DNA of 64,000 nt, from assembly GCA_963802185.1 (NCBI GenBank), contig CAWDHU010000025.1:16997-80996 (forward strand), read 5' to 3'. This DNA is from an uncultured Bacteroidales bacterium (GTDB lineage Bacteria > Bacteroidota > Bacteroidia > Bacteroidales > UBA4417). The notes under the pieces were generated by a model. It had not been told where the DNA came from, ran no database searches, and saw only the letters and a program-made list of their open reading frames with translations. The translations under genes were made by a program, and so were the position numbers. Positions 25,177 to 35,776 of the stretch are shown here, piece after piece. How positions within the stretch are numbered: position 1 is the stretch's first letter; each line of letters begins with the position of its first letter.

Positions 25177-26442
25177 TTATGACCAAAATTCATACAAATC
25201 CTCTTTCGATTCTCTTTCCATTAAAAGCTCAAAGGTTTCACTTTCGTCAGAATAACCGACCACTTTCGGCATTTGCCTGCTGTTGTAGCGCGACCACATG
25301 CTTAGGGTATAGGCCCCGGCATCGTGTATCAGGATATAGTCGCCAGCTAAAACTACCGGTAATTCCAGGTCCCGGCCAATAATATCGCCGCCAAAGCAGA
25401 GTGGCCCGGCTACCGTGTATTTATTCCTGTCGGTTCCGGTTTTAATGTTACCATGTTGATCAACAACCGTAATGTGATGATGCCAGTCACCGGGATTATA
25501 ACTTTTACGCAGAAACAAGTCGGCTCCTACATGAGTCATGATGATATTGTAGGCTGGTTCCCGTTTCACATACTCAACTCTAGAAGCAACCCATCCGGTT
25601 GTAGCATAAATGTAGCGGCCCAATTCAGTTATCAGTCTGAATACACCACTAAAAAGTTCGGGACAGGCGTTGTTTAGCAATGCCACGTATTGTTCTATTG
25701 TAACAGGATCAATACCTGGATGATACGAAACCGGAAGCCCGCCCCCGATATCAAAGTTTTCGATGCGGCCTGGCTTCGAATTCAGTTCGAAATTTTCATT
25801 AACTTCAATCGCCAGGTCCAGTACTTTCCTGATTCCCTCTACGACCAGAGGAACCGGGCAGCCCTGTGAACCTATATGCACATGTATGCCTCTGAGCCAA
25901 TCGTACTTCAGGAAATACGAAATTATTTTTTGCCTGTTCCCGTTAACCGGAATCCCGAATTTAGAAATTGTATCAGCTACACTGGTCGAGTTTATGCTTC
26001 CCTGTCCAACCTGGGGGTTAATCCGTACCCCGATCGAGCTTTTTGAATTTACTGAGAGCAGAATTTCTGCTATGCGGTCAAGTTCATCGAATGAATCCGC
26101 ATTCAGGTAAACTCCTGCCTTTAAGGCATATTCGATTTCAGCTTTGGTTTTGCAGGGAGAATCAAACACGATGGTTTCAGGGGCAAATCCGGCCATTTCG
26201 GCCAGGTGAAGTTCAGGCAAACTGGCTACTTCTGCGCCAACACCAGTGGATTTTATTTTGGAAAGGATTTTTGTCAGCGGATTAGCTTTTACGGCTATGG
26301 CGTGTAATGTTGATTGTGGGAATGTATTCTTAATACCGTTAATTCTCTCTTCAACAGAACTGAGATTATAAAATATAACGGCAGTGTCGTCTATGCCAAT
26401 AATAGATTTATCCTTTAGTGCGAAACTGAAAAGAGAACTCAT
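25177..26442 (-). CDS. type III PLP-dependent decarboxylase (Orn/DAP/Arg decarboxylase family)
   Basis: AIAVKANP (PLP Lys), HVHIGSQ, DIGGGLP and AGPLCFGGD...DAGAYT motifs. ATG 26442 (MSSLFSF...) is preferred to 26526. The substrate cannot be assigned. Confidence 0.78.
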   Translation of the reverse strand: MSSLFSFALKDKSIIGIDDTAVIFYNLSSVEERINGIKNTFPQSTLHAIAVKANPLTKILSKIKSTGVGAEVASLPELHLAEMAGFAPETIVFDSPCKTKAEIEYALKAGVYLNADSFDELDRIAEILLSVNSKSSIGVRINPQVGQGSINSTSVADTISKFGIPVNGNRQKIISYFLKYDWLRGIHVHIGSQGCPVPLVVEGIRKVLDLAIEVNENFELNSKPGRIENFDIGGGLPVSYHPGIDPVTIEQYVALLNNACPELFSGVFRLITELGRYIYATTGWVASRVEYVKREPAYNIIMTHVGADLFLRKSYNPGDWHHHITVVDQHGNIKTGTDRNKYTVAGPLCFGGDIIGRDLELPVVLAGDYILIHDAGAYTLSMWSRYNSRQMPKVVGYSDESETFELLMERESKEDLYEFWS

Positions 26443-26604
26443 CTCTTCTTTCGAAAGATTCGGTTTTATCACCCTGGTTTGTTTAATACAACATTGGCCT
26501 TTTAAATGGAAACGGATATAAATCAATAAGCGTCTGATATTACTCTTCAGCCCGATACAAACTTAGGTTTTTTATTAATGTCCGAATAGAGCACTGCATT
26601 TTTA

Positions 26605-27405
26605 TTAGGCAGTGTTCCGGCTATCCAACTTTTTAACTCTTCCCGCAATTTTCCCCCTGATTTTCAGGTAGGATGGAGGCGGACCTGTTCTGACTTCTTT
26701 GCCATCAATATACAATCCTTCGTGTATTCCCCATTCTGCTACAGTTTCCCTGTTTTTAGCGTCGTATTCCTGTATATTGACTTTCCCCGGGAACTCAGCA
26801 GCAACCCTCATTGCTCGCTCGCAGGCAATACTCTGGGCCGGACACCATCCATTTCGGAACAGAGTCACATTCACTTTTTCGGTTCCTTTCCCTGGAAGTT
26901 TTTTGGGTTTAATGAATTGTGGTGGAACAGCATTTTCATTAAACGGTTTCCACAATAATCTCAAAAACCCGTTTTTGTCAATTACTTTAAATCCCTGCCG
27001 TTTAAACCAGGAAGCCCGCATAAAAACGGGTATAATAAGTCCCCAGGTTACAAGGCCGTTTGTGCCCATTTGCCGGCAGTCTTCTTCGGCGGCTTTCAAT
27101 AAAGCCCTTCCCATTCCTCTTTTCCGGTAATCGCCGCGGCCTTGTTTGTATCCATGTACCCAAATGCAAAGCACAACATACAGGCTTCTGCCTTCAAACA
27201 TCGAATGTTCAACCGGTACATACTGAATCATTCCACCAATAATGTTATTATCATCCAGGGCAAATTTTACTCTTATTCCTTTGTCCTTCATAAATTCGTA
27301 CCACTTCTGCTTGTAATCGCCCGCTTCTTTCATTTCTTCTGACCAGTCTTCCAGACAGCAGAAAAAGAACGGCTCGTTTTCCGGTGTAATATCTGTAATC
27401 GTCAT
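26605..27405 (-). CDS. GNAT-family N-acetyltransferase fused to a thioredoxin-like C-terminal domain
   Basis: The acetyl-CoA-binding-like segment is VHGYKQGRGDYRKRGMGRALL. The C-terminal ~90 aa (VTLFRNGWCPAQSIACERA...LYIDGKEV) resembles a glutaredoxin/thioredoxin-like fold. ATG 27405 is preferred over TTG 27432. Confidence 0.6.
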   Translation of the reverse strand: MTITDITPENEPFFFCCLEDWSEEMKEAGDYKQKWYEFMKDKGIRVKFALDDNNIIGGMIQYVPVEHSMFEGRSLYVVLCIWVHGYKQGRGDYRKRGMGRALLKAAEEDCRQMGTNGLVTWGLIIPVFMRASWFKRQGFKVIDKNGFLRLLWKPFNENAVPPQFIKPKKLPGKGTEKVNVTLFRNGWCPAQSIACERAMRVAAEFPGKVNIQEYDAKNRETVAEWGIHEGLYIDGKEVRTGPPPSYLKIRGKIAGRVKKLDSRNTA

Positions 27406-27718
27406 AGGGTTGGAATTATATTTCCCGGACAAAAGTTAGAGATACTTTTCAGATTCATTGCACACGAGCTTCCGGTTAACACAAAGGTAAGCCAAAAGGC
27501 AAATTTAGTCAACACAAAAAGGTTGAACTGCAAGGATTAAAGTGCGGTTAAACCAGCTGATAAAACCAAACAGGATTATGAATAGAGCGTATGGAGAAGG
27601 AATTCACAGGAATACTTTTATTCTAATAACCAATTGACGGGTTCTTAGTTCGGGAGTGACTTAACACCGTTATCCTGATTAAATGAAAGGCAAGAAGTAA
27701 AATATTTAGAAAGAGAAA

Positions 27719-28144
27719 TTATTCAGCCTCATTGAAATTTTTAAGAACTCCGGCGAGAATCTTCCTGTCGCATTTTACACGCGACTTAAACAATACAGGG
27801 AATACATCATCCCAGTTAAGCCCAAGTTTTAATAAAGCCTTGTTCTTTTCACTTTCGGTCCAGTCGGTTTCCTTATAAAACTCAACCTGACCCTTGTCAA
27901 AAAATACTACAGGCTGAATATAGTCAAGCTCACCTGAATCATGTGGTGAACAAAAGCCTATGTGTTTAGTCTTGTTATTGAAATAAAATTCTGTAAGTAC
28001 TATGTGAGTAGTATTACTGCCTTCGTTAACTTCCGTTTTATCCGAAGCGCTCACATATTCAATATTATCAGCCATCCAATATTCCCACACGTGGTTTTCG
28101 AGCAGATCAGCTTTTGACAAGTCCAGGAGTCGTTTTTTATCCAT
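27719..28144 (-). CDS. hypothetical protein
   Basis: 141-aa ORF with coding-like composition. No family was recognised. Confidence 0.5.
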   Translation of the reverse strand: MDKKRLLDLSKADLLENHVWEYWMADNIEYVSASDKTEVNEGSNTTHIVLTEFYFNNKTKHIGFCSPHDSGELDYIQPVVFFDKGQVEFYKETDWTESEKNKALLKLGLNWDDVFPVLFKSRVKCDRKILAGVLKNFNEAE

Positions 28145-28439
28145 TTTTAAAATATTATTGCGTTATAAAGCTTTACGAAGTGAGAATAAATGATTTCTTT
28201 ACGAAAACGGGATGAGCTCTTAAATATTGTATTTTAGTGTTTTACAGTGAAAAGGAATCCTTTTGTAGCTTAATACGGTTGAACCAGTCTCAGAATTAAC
28301 AGAAAAGCTATCAACAAATATAGTTAAAATATCAATTCACGGGGAAGTGCTTCGTTTAAAAGTTATTAACCTTCTGAACCAGCAAGTAGAAAGAAAGCTT
28401 TATTATTTAAGAGAGTAGGACTTTGGTGAGATTTAGACA

Positions 28440-29714
28440 TTAAAAAGTTTCCTGCAGGTTAAAATAGATACCGCTCGAACGGTCGGAGCCGATCCCGTAA
28501 TCAACACCAAGATTTGTACGTGAGAGTTTGTCGAACTTTATCCTGATTCCTGCACCAACTCCAACAGCAACTTTTTCGAATAATGCCTGGTAATAGTCGC
28601 TTACATTGGCGGCATTTACAAAAAGCACACCACCGAAAAGTCCGTTTTTTGAAACCGGGAAACGGTATTCAGCTTCATTATACATCATATTCAGACCCCT
28701 GTAGCGGCCCTGTATAAAAGCTCTCCCTGAGCGGTTAAAGGTATCCCATCCTATCGAAGGAAGAACAAGATATGGAATCGTACCCTGCATTTTGAACGAA
28801 CCCCAGCTCCAGAATGCCAGGATATGACTTGGATTGCGGGAACTGAGTCCAAGGTAATACATGGCCTCATAAAGCAACTGCGTGCTTTGCTGCGAATTGT
28901 CGCTGAGCTTAGCATTGAAAATCATGGATGCAGATGCGAAATAGCCTTTGTAACAATTGGCAATATTGTCGCGGGTATCGGTTAAAACCGAAAATTTTAA
29001 TCCATAATTACCATAATGCAAGGGATTGAAATTGTTTTTCCTCGAATATTTATAATGGTTTGTAATGTAAAAATCCGGGCTGTCAGGTATGGTATCCAGT
29101 CGCTCATCGTTAATATTAAAAAGATGATTAATAACAACACCCAGTCCAGCATAAAAGCTTGAATTGCCAAGTTCCCGCGAAGCCTCTTCGTAGAAACGGA
29201 TTTGATTGTAACGCATCGGATCACCCCATGTACCTGTGGTTTCCTCCAGGTTGTTAATGTGAAATTGAGGTTTCGGATCGTCCGGACTTTGTATCCCCAA
29301 TCCATAGGTGGTTTGTGAAAAAATAAGTAAACGCCAATCGCCCTGTAGAAACCATTTGTTATCCCTGAAATAAATTTTAGTTCGGGCGTTGGTGATAAAT
29401 TGCTTTTTTGATGTGACTTCACAGGTTATCAATCCTGAGGATAAACTGGTAGGCGGCTCGCCAAATAAATGAGCTATACTCATAGCTCCGCCTAATACAA
29501 ATCCATTGGCAGGAGCATATCCCACATAAGGCAACAGGGTATAACTGATTTTACCGACTGAAATTTCCTTCCTGGCATAGCTGCCCGGATTTTTTTTAAA
29601 TTGATTAAAGATGTCTTTTATATCTTTAGATTCAACCTGGGCCATAGAATAGTATACTGAAAAAATCAGGAATACCACCATCATGCAACATAATTTGTGT
29701 AAACCTGACTTCAT
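28440..29714 (-). CDS. outer-membrane beta-barrel protein (BamA/surface antigen D15-like barrel)
   Basis: Signal peptide MKSGLHKLCCMMVVFLIFSVYYSMAQ (ATG 29714), alternating beta-strand pattern and a terminal ...YFNLQETF aromatic residue. Confidence 0.65.
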   Translation of the reverse strand: MKSGLHKLCCMMVVFLIFSVYYSMAQVESKDIKDIFNQFKKNPGSYARKEISVGKISYTLLPYVGYAPANGFVLGGAMSIAHLFGEPPTSLSSGLITCEVTSKKQFITNARTKIYFRDNKWFLQGDWRLLIFSQTTYGLGIQSPDDPKPQFHINNLEETTGTWGDPMRYNQIRFYEEASRELGNSSFYAGLGVVINHLFNINDERLDTIPDSPDFYITNHYKYSRKNNFNPLHYGNYGLKFSVLTDTRDNIANCYKGYFASASMIFNAKLSDNSQQSTQLLYEAMYYLGLSSRNPSHILAFWSWGSFKMQGTIPYLVLPSIGWDTFNRSGRAFIQGRYRGLNMMYNEAEYRFPVSKNGLFGGVLFVNAANVSDYYQALFEKVAVGVGAGIRIKFDKLSRTNLGVDYGIGSDRSSGIYFNLQETF

Positions 29715-29932
29715 CTTCTGTTTTATAAAATATTTCTGCGTATTTAAATTAAGCGGTAACCCTGATTGGATTTTTCGGAAGGTTAACTCTGACAGGACAC
29801 TTGAGATTAATGACAAAAATATACATTTATAGCATCTCAGACTTTATTCGGTAACTTATTAAGCCAAATAGGGAAATATCTATTTACGCTTTGTAAGTCA
29901 TATAGTCATAATTTTCAATCTCTTAATTTCCT

Positions 29933-29940
29933 TACCTTTG
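29933..29940 (+). promoter_or_regulatory. Bacteroidota -7 promoter motif TAnnTTTG (TACCTTTG) upstream of cysS
   Basis: Exact consensus match 22 nt upstream of ATG 29962. Confidence 0.45.
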
Positions 29941-29961
29941 CACCTTGCTTAAGATTTCAGC

Positions 29962-31431
29962 ATGGAAAACAACTTATTCGTTTACAACACTTTATCACGC
30001 CAAAAAGAGCTTTTTGTCCCGATCAGCACTCCCCACGTAGGCATGTATGTTTGCGGGCCAACCGTTTATGGTGATGCACACCTTGGTCACGCACGCCCTG
30101 CCATTTCATTCGACCTGGTGTTTCGCTATCTCCGTCACCTGGGATATAAAGTACGTTATGTACGCAATATTACCGATGTTGGCCACCTCGAAAATGATGC
30201 CGACGAAGGCGAAGATAAAATTGCTAAAAAAGCACGCCTCGAGCAGCTTGAGCCCATGGAAGTGGTGCAGTATTTTACCGATCGCTACCATGCAGCCATG
30301 GATAAGCTTAATGTGCTGAAGCCCAGTATTGAGCCACGCGCATCCGGGCATATGATTGAACAGATAGCTATGGTAAAAACCATTCTGAATGCAGGTATGG
30401 GTTACGAAAGCAAAGGATCGGTTTATTTTGACGTGGAAAAATACAACCAGACCCATAATTACGGAATACTTTCAGGACGTGTGGTCGAGGATCTTTTATC
30501 TAATACCCGTGAACTAGAAGGACAGGACGAAAAACGCAATAGTTTTGATTTTGCATTGTGGAAAAAGGCACAGCCCGAACATATTATGCGCTGGCCATCT
30601 GAATGGAGCGATGGATTCCCCGGCTGGCACCTCGAATGCTCAGCCATGAGCACCAAATACCTTGGCGAGCAGTTCGATATTCATGGCGGAGGTATGGACC
30701 TGCTTTTTCCGCATCATGAAAGTGAAATTGCACAAAGCACCGTTTGCAACCATAAAACCCCGGCCAAATACTGGCTGCACAACAACATGATCACTATCAA
30801 CGGTCAGAAGATGGGTAAATCACTGGGCAATTTTATACAGCTTGATGATTTCTTTGCCGGGCAACATCCATCGCTGGAGCAAGCCTACAGCCCGATGACC
30901 GTTCGCTTCTTTATTCTCCAGGCACATTATCGCAGCCCGCTCGATTTTAGTAACGAGGCTTTGCAGGCATCAGAAAAAGGATTCCTGCGGCTGATGAAAA
31001 GTATTGCCACCATCGAAAAACTGGTTCCAGCAACTAAATCAACGGTTGATGTAGCCGCGATTCAGGCCAAATGTTATGATGCTATCAATGACGACTTCAA
31101 CAGCCCTATACTGATTGCACACCTTTTCGATACAGCCCGCATTATCAATTCAGTTAACGACAAAAAAGAGAGTTTCACTTCCGAAGACATAAGCCTGCTG
31201 CGAAGCATGATGCACACGTTTGTTTTCGATATTCTGGGACTGTTGCCTGAGAATGATCCGCAAGCCGGGAACCAGGTAATCAGCAACCTGATAAACATTA
31301 TCCTCGATCTGCGCCGCGAAGCTCGCACCAATAAGGACTGGGCTCAAAGCGACCGGCTTCGTGATGCACTGGCACAAGCTGGAGTTATTATCAAGGATAC
31401 GAAAGAAGGGTCTGCGTGGGAGTTGGAGTAA
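29962..31431 (+). CDS. cysS: cysteine--tRNA ligase
   Basis: 489 aa. [18 protein letters not shown] carries the HIGH motif and KMGKSLGN the KMSKS motif. Cys/His ligand residues lie in GWHLECSAM and FPHHESE. Confidence 0.95.
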   Translation: MENNLFVYNTLSRQKELFVPISTPHVGMYVCGPTVYGDAHLGHARPAISFDLVFRYLRHLGYKVRYVRNITDVGHLENDADEGEDKIAKKARLEQLEPMEVVQYFTDRYHAAMDKLNVLKPSIEPRASGHMIEQIAMVKTILNAGMGYESKGSVYFDVEKYNQTHNYGILSGRVVEDLLSNTRELEGQDEKRNSFDFALWKKAQPEHIMRWPSEWSDGFPGWHLECSAMSTKYLGEQFDIHGGGMDLLFPHHESEIAQSTVCNHKTPAKYWLHNNMITINGQKMGKSLGNFIQLDDFFAGQHPSLEQAYSPMTVRFFILQAHYRSPLDFSNEALQASEKGFLRLMKSIATIEKLVPATKSTVDVAAIQAKCYDAINDDFNSPILIAHLFDTARIINSVNDKKESFTSEDISLLRSMMHTFVFDILGLLPENDPQAGNQVISNLINIILDLRREARTNKDWAQSDRLRDALAQAGVIIKDTKEGSAWELE

Positions 31432-31658
31432 AAATAATTTCGGATTTCGGATGTTGCTGCCGCAGGACTTTGAGAAAATAGAAAATAGTTAATGGAAAAT
31501 AGTTTCCAGAACAAGTAGCTTTTTAATATTTGAACCCATCAATCAGTAACCATCAACCAGTTACCCTTTTAAACTCTGAACGGCGCAGCCATTTGAACCA
31601 TTCTTAAATAACCTGAAATTTAATATGCAAAAAGAACTGCTTTCTTTTATTAAAAAAT

Positions 31659-33231
31659 TTGATTCCAGTGGTTCATCCACTTACCCAAGAATCTTCATTA
31701 GCTTACTGGAATGCTTCCATCAGCGGGAAAGAAGAGGATTGGAAAAAATCGGAAGAACTTAACATTGAACTCACAAAGGTTTTCGCGAACAAAGAGCATT
31801 TTGCTGTTCTCAAACGAATCAAAGAATCCAATACAATTACTGACGAGCTTTTAAAACGCCAGCTTGATTTAATGTATCTTGCTTATTTGGGTAACCAGGT
31901 GGATACCGAATTGCTGAACAGTGTTATTTCGATGCAGACCGAAATTGAACAAAAGTATTCGAATTTTCGTGTGGATGTAAATGGCAAAAAACTGAGCGAC
32001 AACGAGGTTGAAGATATTTTGAAAACTTCCACCAGTTCCACTGAGTTGCAACAGGTTTGGGAAGGTCACAAAGCAATAGGCCCGGTTGTGGCCAAGGATA
32101 TTATAAAACTGGTTAGAAAACGTAACGAAATTGCCAAAGAACTTGGCTTCAACAATTATCACGAAATGAGCCTCAGGCTCAGCGAGCAGGATCCGGGAGA
32201 AATCAGCGCATTGTTTGATGAACTCGACAACCTGACCCGTGATTCATTTGTCGTCCTGAAAAATGAAATCGACACACACCTGTCAAAACGCGACAATGTT
32301 AAAGTGAAAGAATTGATGCCATGGCATTACCAGAACCGTTTTTTCCAGGAGCCGCCGGCAATTTACAGTATCGACCTCGACAAATATTATAATGACCGGA
32401 ATATCGAAACGCTGACTACCGGTTATTTTTCCAGCATCGGTCTTGATATCACCGATATGATTGCAAAAAGTGACCTGTACGAGAAGCCCGGTAAAAACCA
32501 GCATGCCTATTGTATTGATATTGATAACCAAGGTGATGTACGCGTGCTTTGCAACATAAAACCCAACCAGAACTGGATGGGCACTATGCTACACGAATTC
32601 GGCCATGCCAACTACGATAAATACATTAATCAGCAACTGCCTTTCACGCTTCGCAACCCGGCTCATATTTTTACTACCGAAGCCATTGCTATGTTTTTTG
32701 GCCGCATGTCGTCCAATGCTCAGTTCCTGGTTGATATGAAACTTACCGATACAATTGATGCCGCTAAAGTTTCAGATGAAAGCTTTAAAGTGCTGAGGCT
32801 CGAACAGCTTACTTTCAGTCGCTGGGCGCAGGTGATGTATCGTTTCGAGAAAGCATTGTATGCAAACCCTGACCAGGATCTGAATACGCTGTGGTGGGAT
32901 CTGGTTGAAAAATACCAGATGATCAGGCGCCCGGCCAACCGCCATCAACCCGATTGGGCCAGCAAAATACATATTGCTACATCACCCTGCTATTATCACA
33001 ATTACCTTCTGGGTGAATTACTCGCTTCACAATTCAATCATTTTATTTCGGCCACTGTGCTCAAATCGACGAATTTCGGACAAAGCTACTTTGGCAAAAA
33101 GCAAGTCGGTGATTATTTTAAAGAAAAGCGTATTCAGCCCAGGTGCCCGCTTTAGCTGGAACGAAATGATTGAAAAAGCCACCGGTGAAAAGCTGACGGC
33201 TAAATATTATGCTGAGCAGTTTGTTAAATAG
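31659..33231 (+). CDS. HEXXH zinc metallopeptidase (M2/ACE-like), with a frameshift near the 3' end and possibly at the 5' end
   Basis: LHEFGHANYD zinc motif and an N-terminal ...ESSLAYWNASISGKEEDW. The main frame ends at 33155 (...KEKRIQPRCPL*). Another frame continues VFSPGARFSWNEMIEKATGEKLTAKYYAEQFVK* to 33231, consistent with one extra base near 33131. ATG 31625 (MQKELLSFIKKF) is out of frame with TTG 31659, across an A6 run. Confidence 0.7.
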
Positions 33232-33260
33232 CGGGTTGTTAAATGATATAAAAGTCTACT

Positions 33261-33292
33261 ATGGCTGTCCTTTCCTGACGGCCATTTTTTTT
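33261..33292 (+). terminator. rho-independent terminator candidate
   Basis: ATGGCTGTCCTTTCCTGACGGCCAT hairpin followed by T8, about 30 nt after the peptidase stop. Confidence 0.6.
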
Positions 33293-33364
33293 ATATCCGG
33301 AATAATCATATTCGAAAACTGATAATTGCTATCTTGCGCCCTGATTTTAAAAACCATAAATAGT

Positions 33365-35569
33365 ATGAACAAAAGATTTTTTTTAGTCCTGGCAATACTT
33401 GCTTTTTCAAGCCTTGCATTTTCCCAATACATGGGTGGCGGTATTATGCTTTGGACAGCAGACGGAAATAGTTATACCACTCTCGAAAAAGGCAAAATCG
33501 TGAAAGTAGAATTGCCGTCAATGAACAAAACAACCCTGATTGATGCTGAAAAACTTTTCCCAAAAGACAGCATTCACCCCAGGCAAATCAGTTCTTTTCA
33601 ATGGTCGGCAAACGAAGACAAAGCCTTGCTTTTTGTAAATACTGAAACGCTGTATCATAAAACCACTGGAGAGGTCTGGTTGTATATCCCCAAAACGGGA
33701 ACATTGAAGCAAATGGGTAAAGGCCTTCGCCAGGATGGACTGATGTATGCCAAATTTTCGCCTGATGCATCTAATGTAGCTTATGTATACCAGGATAAAT
33801 CAAAAAACAAGGTAGTGTATAACCTGTATGCGGAAAATCTGCTTAACGGTAAGATCAAACAACTTACGTTCGATAACCGCGACCGTAGCATCAACGGCAC
33901 TTTCGACTGGGTGTATGCCGAGGAACTTATGTGTAAGGATGGTTTTCGCTGGAGTCCTGACGGGAAAAATATTGCTTTCTGGAATATCGATGCATCACAG
34001 GTGAGGAATTACCTGATGCTTAACACTACCGATTCAACCTACTCATTTACTGTTCCGGTTGAATATCCGAAAGCGGGGGAGGACCCATCACCTGCCAAAA
34101 TCGGGGTGGTTGACTTTGCCACTGCCAAAACAAAATGGATGAAAATTGAAGGAGATCCTCGCCAGAATTACCTGGTTAGGATGGAATGGGTCGATAACAA
34201 AGGATTGATCATCCAGCAGCTAAACCGCAAGCAAAACAAAACTACTATTATACTTGCCGATTCGAAAACAGCAGTTTGCAAACCGTTATGGTCTGAGAGC
34301 GATGCTGCATGGATCGATATTAAAGCTTCGTGGAACGGCGGCGATAATGTGGGATGGGATTGGATAGAAAAAGGGAAAGCTTTTTTATGGGCCAGCGAAA
34401 AGGACGGTTGGCGGCATTTGTACCGGATAGGAATGGATGGCAAGGAAACACTTATTACAAAAGGCGATTTTGATGTGATCAGGCTATACCTTATTGATGA
34501 AGCGACCAATACTTTATATTTTGCGGCTTCACCCGACAATTATACCCAACGATACCTGTACAGCACTAAACTGGATGGCTCTGGAAATGCAGTACGCCTT
34601 ACTCCTGCTGATTTAGCCGGAACCCATAATTATGTGATATCACCCAATGGCAAATGGGCGAGGCATAGCTTTTCGAGTCACCTGTATATGCCGGCATCGG
34701 AATGGATAAGCCTGAAGGATATGAAACCTCTCGATGATACTAAATCCATCGAAAAGACACTCAGAGAGGATCCGTTTGGAAAACAGATTGAATTCTTTAA
34801 AGTGACGACCGAAGACAACATTACCCTTGATGGATGGATTGCAAAACCTAAAGATTTCGACCCATCAAAAAAATACCCTGTGTTCTTCTACGTATATGGC
34901 GAGCCATGGTCATCAACGGTTATGGATCAGTTCGGGGTTGGCAGGAACTCCCAGTTTGGTGATGATATTCCGGACCAGGGATACCTTTTTGTCTCCGTTG
35001 ATAACCGTGGAACACCATCGCCACGAGGCCGCGAATGGCGCAAATCCATCTATCGCAAGATCGGAATTGTAAATATCCGCGACCTGGCCATGGGGGCAAA
35101 AGAAGTACTCAAATGGCCGTATTGCGATACAAGTCGTGTGGCTGTAACCGGTTGGAGTGGCGGAGGCTCATCAACCCTGAATCTTATGTTTCAGTATCCT
35201 GAAATTTTCAAAACAGGTATTTCTGTTGCTGCTGTAGGCAACCAGCTTGCTTATGACAATACGTACCAGGAACGGTATATGGGCATACCACAGGAAACCC
35301 GCGCTGATTTTATAGCCGGTTCACCTTATACATACGCGAAAAACCTTAAGGGCAACTTACTTTATATTCATGGCACAGGCGACGACAATGTTCATTATGC
35401 CAATGCCGAAAAGCTTATTAACGAACTGATCCGGTATAACAAACCCTTCCAGATGATGGCATATCCTATGCGTTCGCATGGAATATATGAGGGCGAAGGC
35501 ACACGTGAACATCTGGAAACTATCAGCTCGAAGTTTTTACATGAGAACTGCCCGGCTGGTGGCAGATAA
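33365..35569 (+). CDS. dipeptidyl-peptidase IV-like S9B serine peptidase
   Basis: Signal peptide MNKRFFLVLAILAFSSLAFSQ, a DPP-IV N-terminal propeller (NGTFDWVYAEE), GWSGGG nucleophile elbow, and later D (GTGDDNVH) and H (RSHGI). Confidence 0.9.
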   Translation: MNKRFFLVLAILAFSSLAFSQYMGGGIMLWTADGNSYTTLEKGKIVKVELPSMNKTTLIDAEKLFPKDSIHPRQISSFQWSANEDKALLFVNTETLYHKTTGEVWLYIPKTGTLKQMGKGLRQDGLMYAKFSPDASNVAYVYQDKSKNKVVYNLYAENLLNGKIKQLTFDNRDRSINGTFDWVYAEELMCKDGFRWSPDGKNIAFWNIDASQVRNYLMLNTTDSTYSFTVPVEYPKAGEDPSPAKIGVVDFATAKTKWMKIEGDPRQNYLVRMEWVDNKGLIIQQLNRKQNKTTIILADSKTAVCKPLWSESDAAWIDIKASWNGGDNVGWDWIEKGKAFLWASEKDGWRHLYRIGMDGKETLITKGDFDVIRLYLIDEATNTLYFAASPDNYTQRYLYSTKLDGSGNAVRLTPADLAGTHNYVISPNGKWARHSFSSHLYMPASEWISLKDMKPLDDTKSIEKTLREDPFGKQIEFFKVTTEDNITLDGWIAKPKDFDPSKKYPVFFYVYGEPWSSTVMDQFGVGRNSQFGDDIPDQGYLFVSVDNRGTPSPRGREWRKSIYRKIGIVNIRDLAMGAKEVLKWPYCDTSRVAVTGWSGGGSSTLNLMFQYPEIFKTGISVAAVGNQLAYDNTYQERYMGIPQETRADFIAGSPYTYAKNLKGNLLYIHGTGDDNVHYANAEKLINELIRYNKPFQMMAYPMRSHGIYEGEGTREHLETISSKFLHENCPAGGR

Positions 35570-35657
35570 AAGAGGCGATAAAAAAGAACTATTTAAGCTG
35601 AAAAACTTCAATCATTAGGCAATAGTCCGTTAATCAAATAAGACATTAATATTAAAG

Positions 35658-35697
35658 GCCAGTGGCAGGAAATAATTCATTATTTCCTGCCACTGGC
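35658..35697. terminator. bidirectional terminator hairpin between convergent genes
   Basis: Perfect 17-bp stem, GCCAGTGGCAGGAAATA-ATTCAT-TATTTCCTGCCACTGGC. Confidence 0.6.
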
Positions 35698-35776
35698 ACA
35701 TCGCCTGATCATCCTTCACCACTGTATATTGCCAGAATATGATTACAGAGCACAATAGAGGGAATTTATCCAGACG

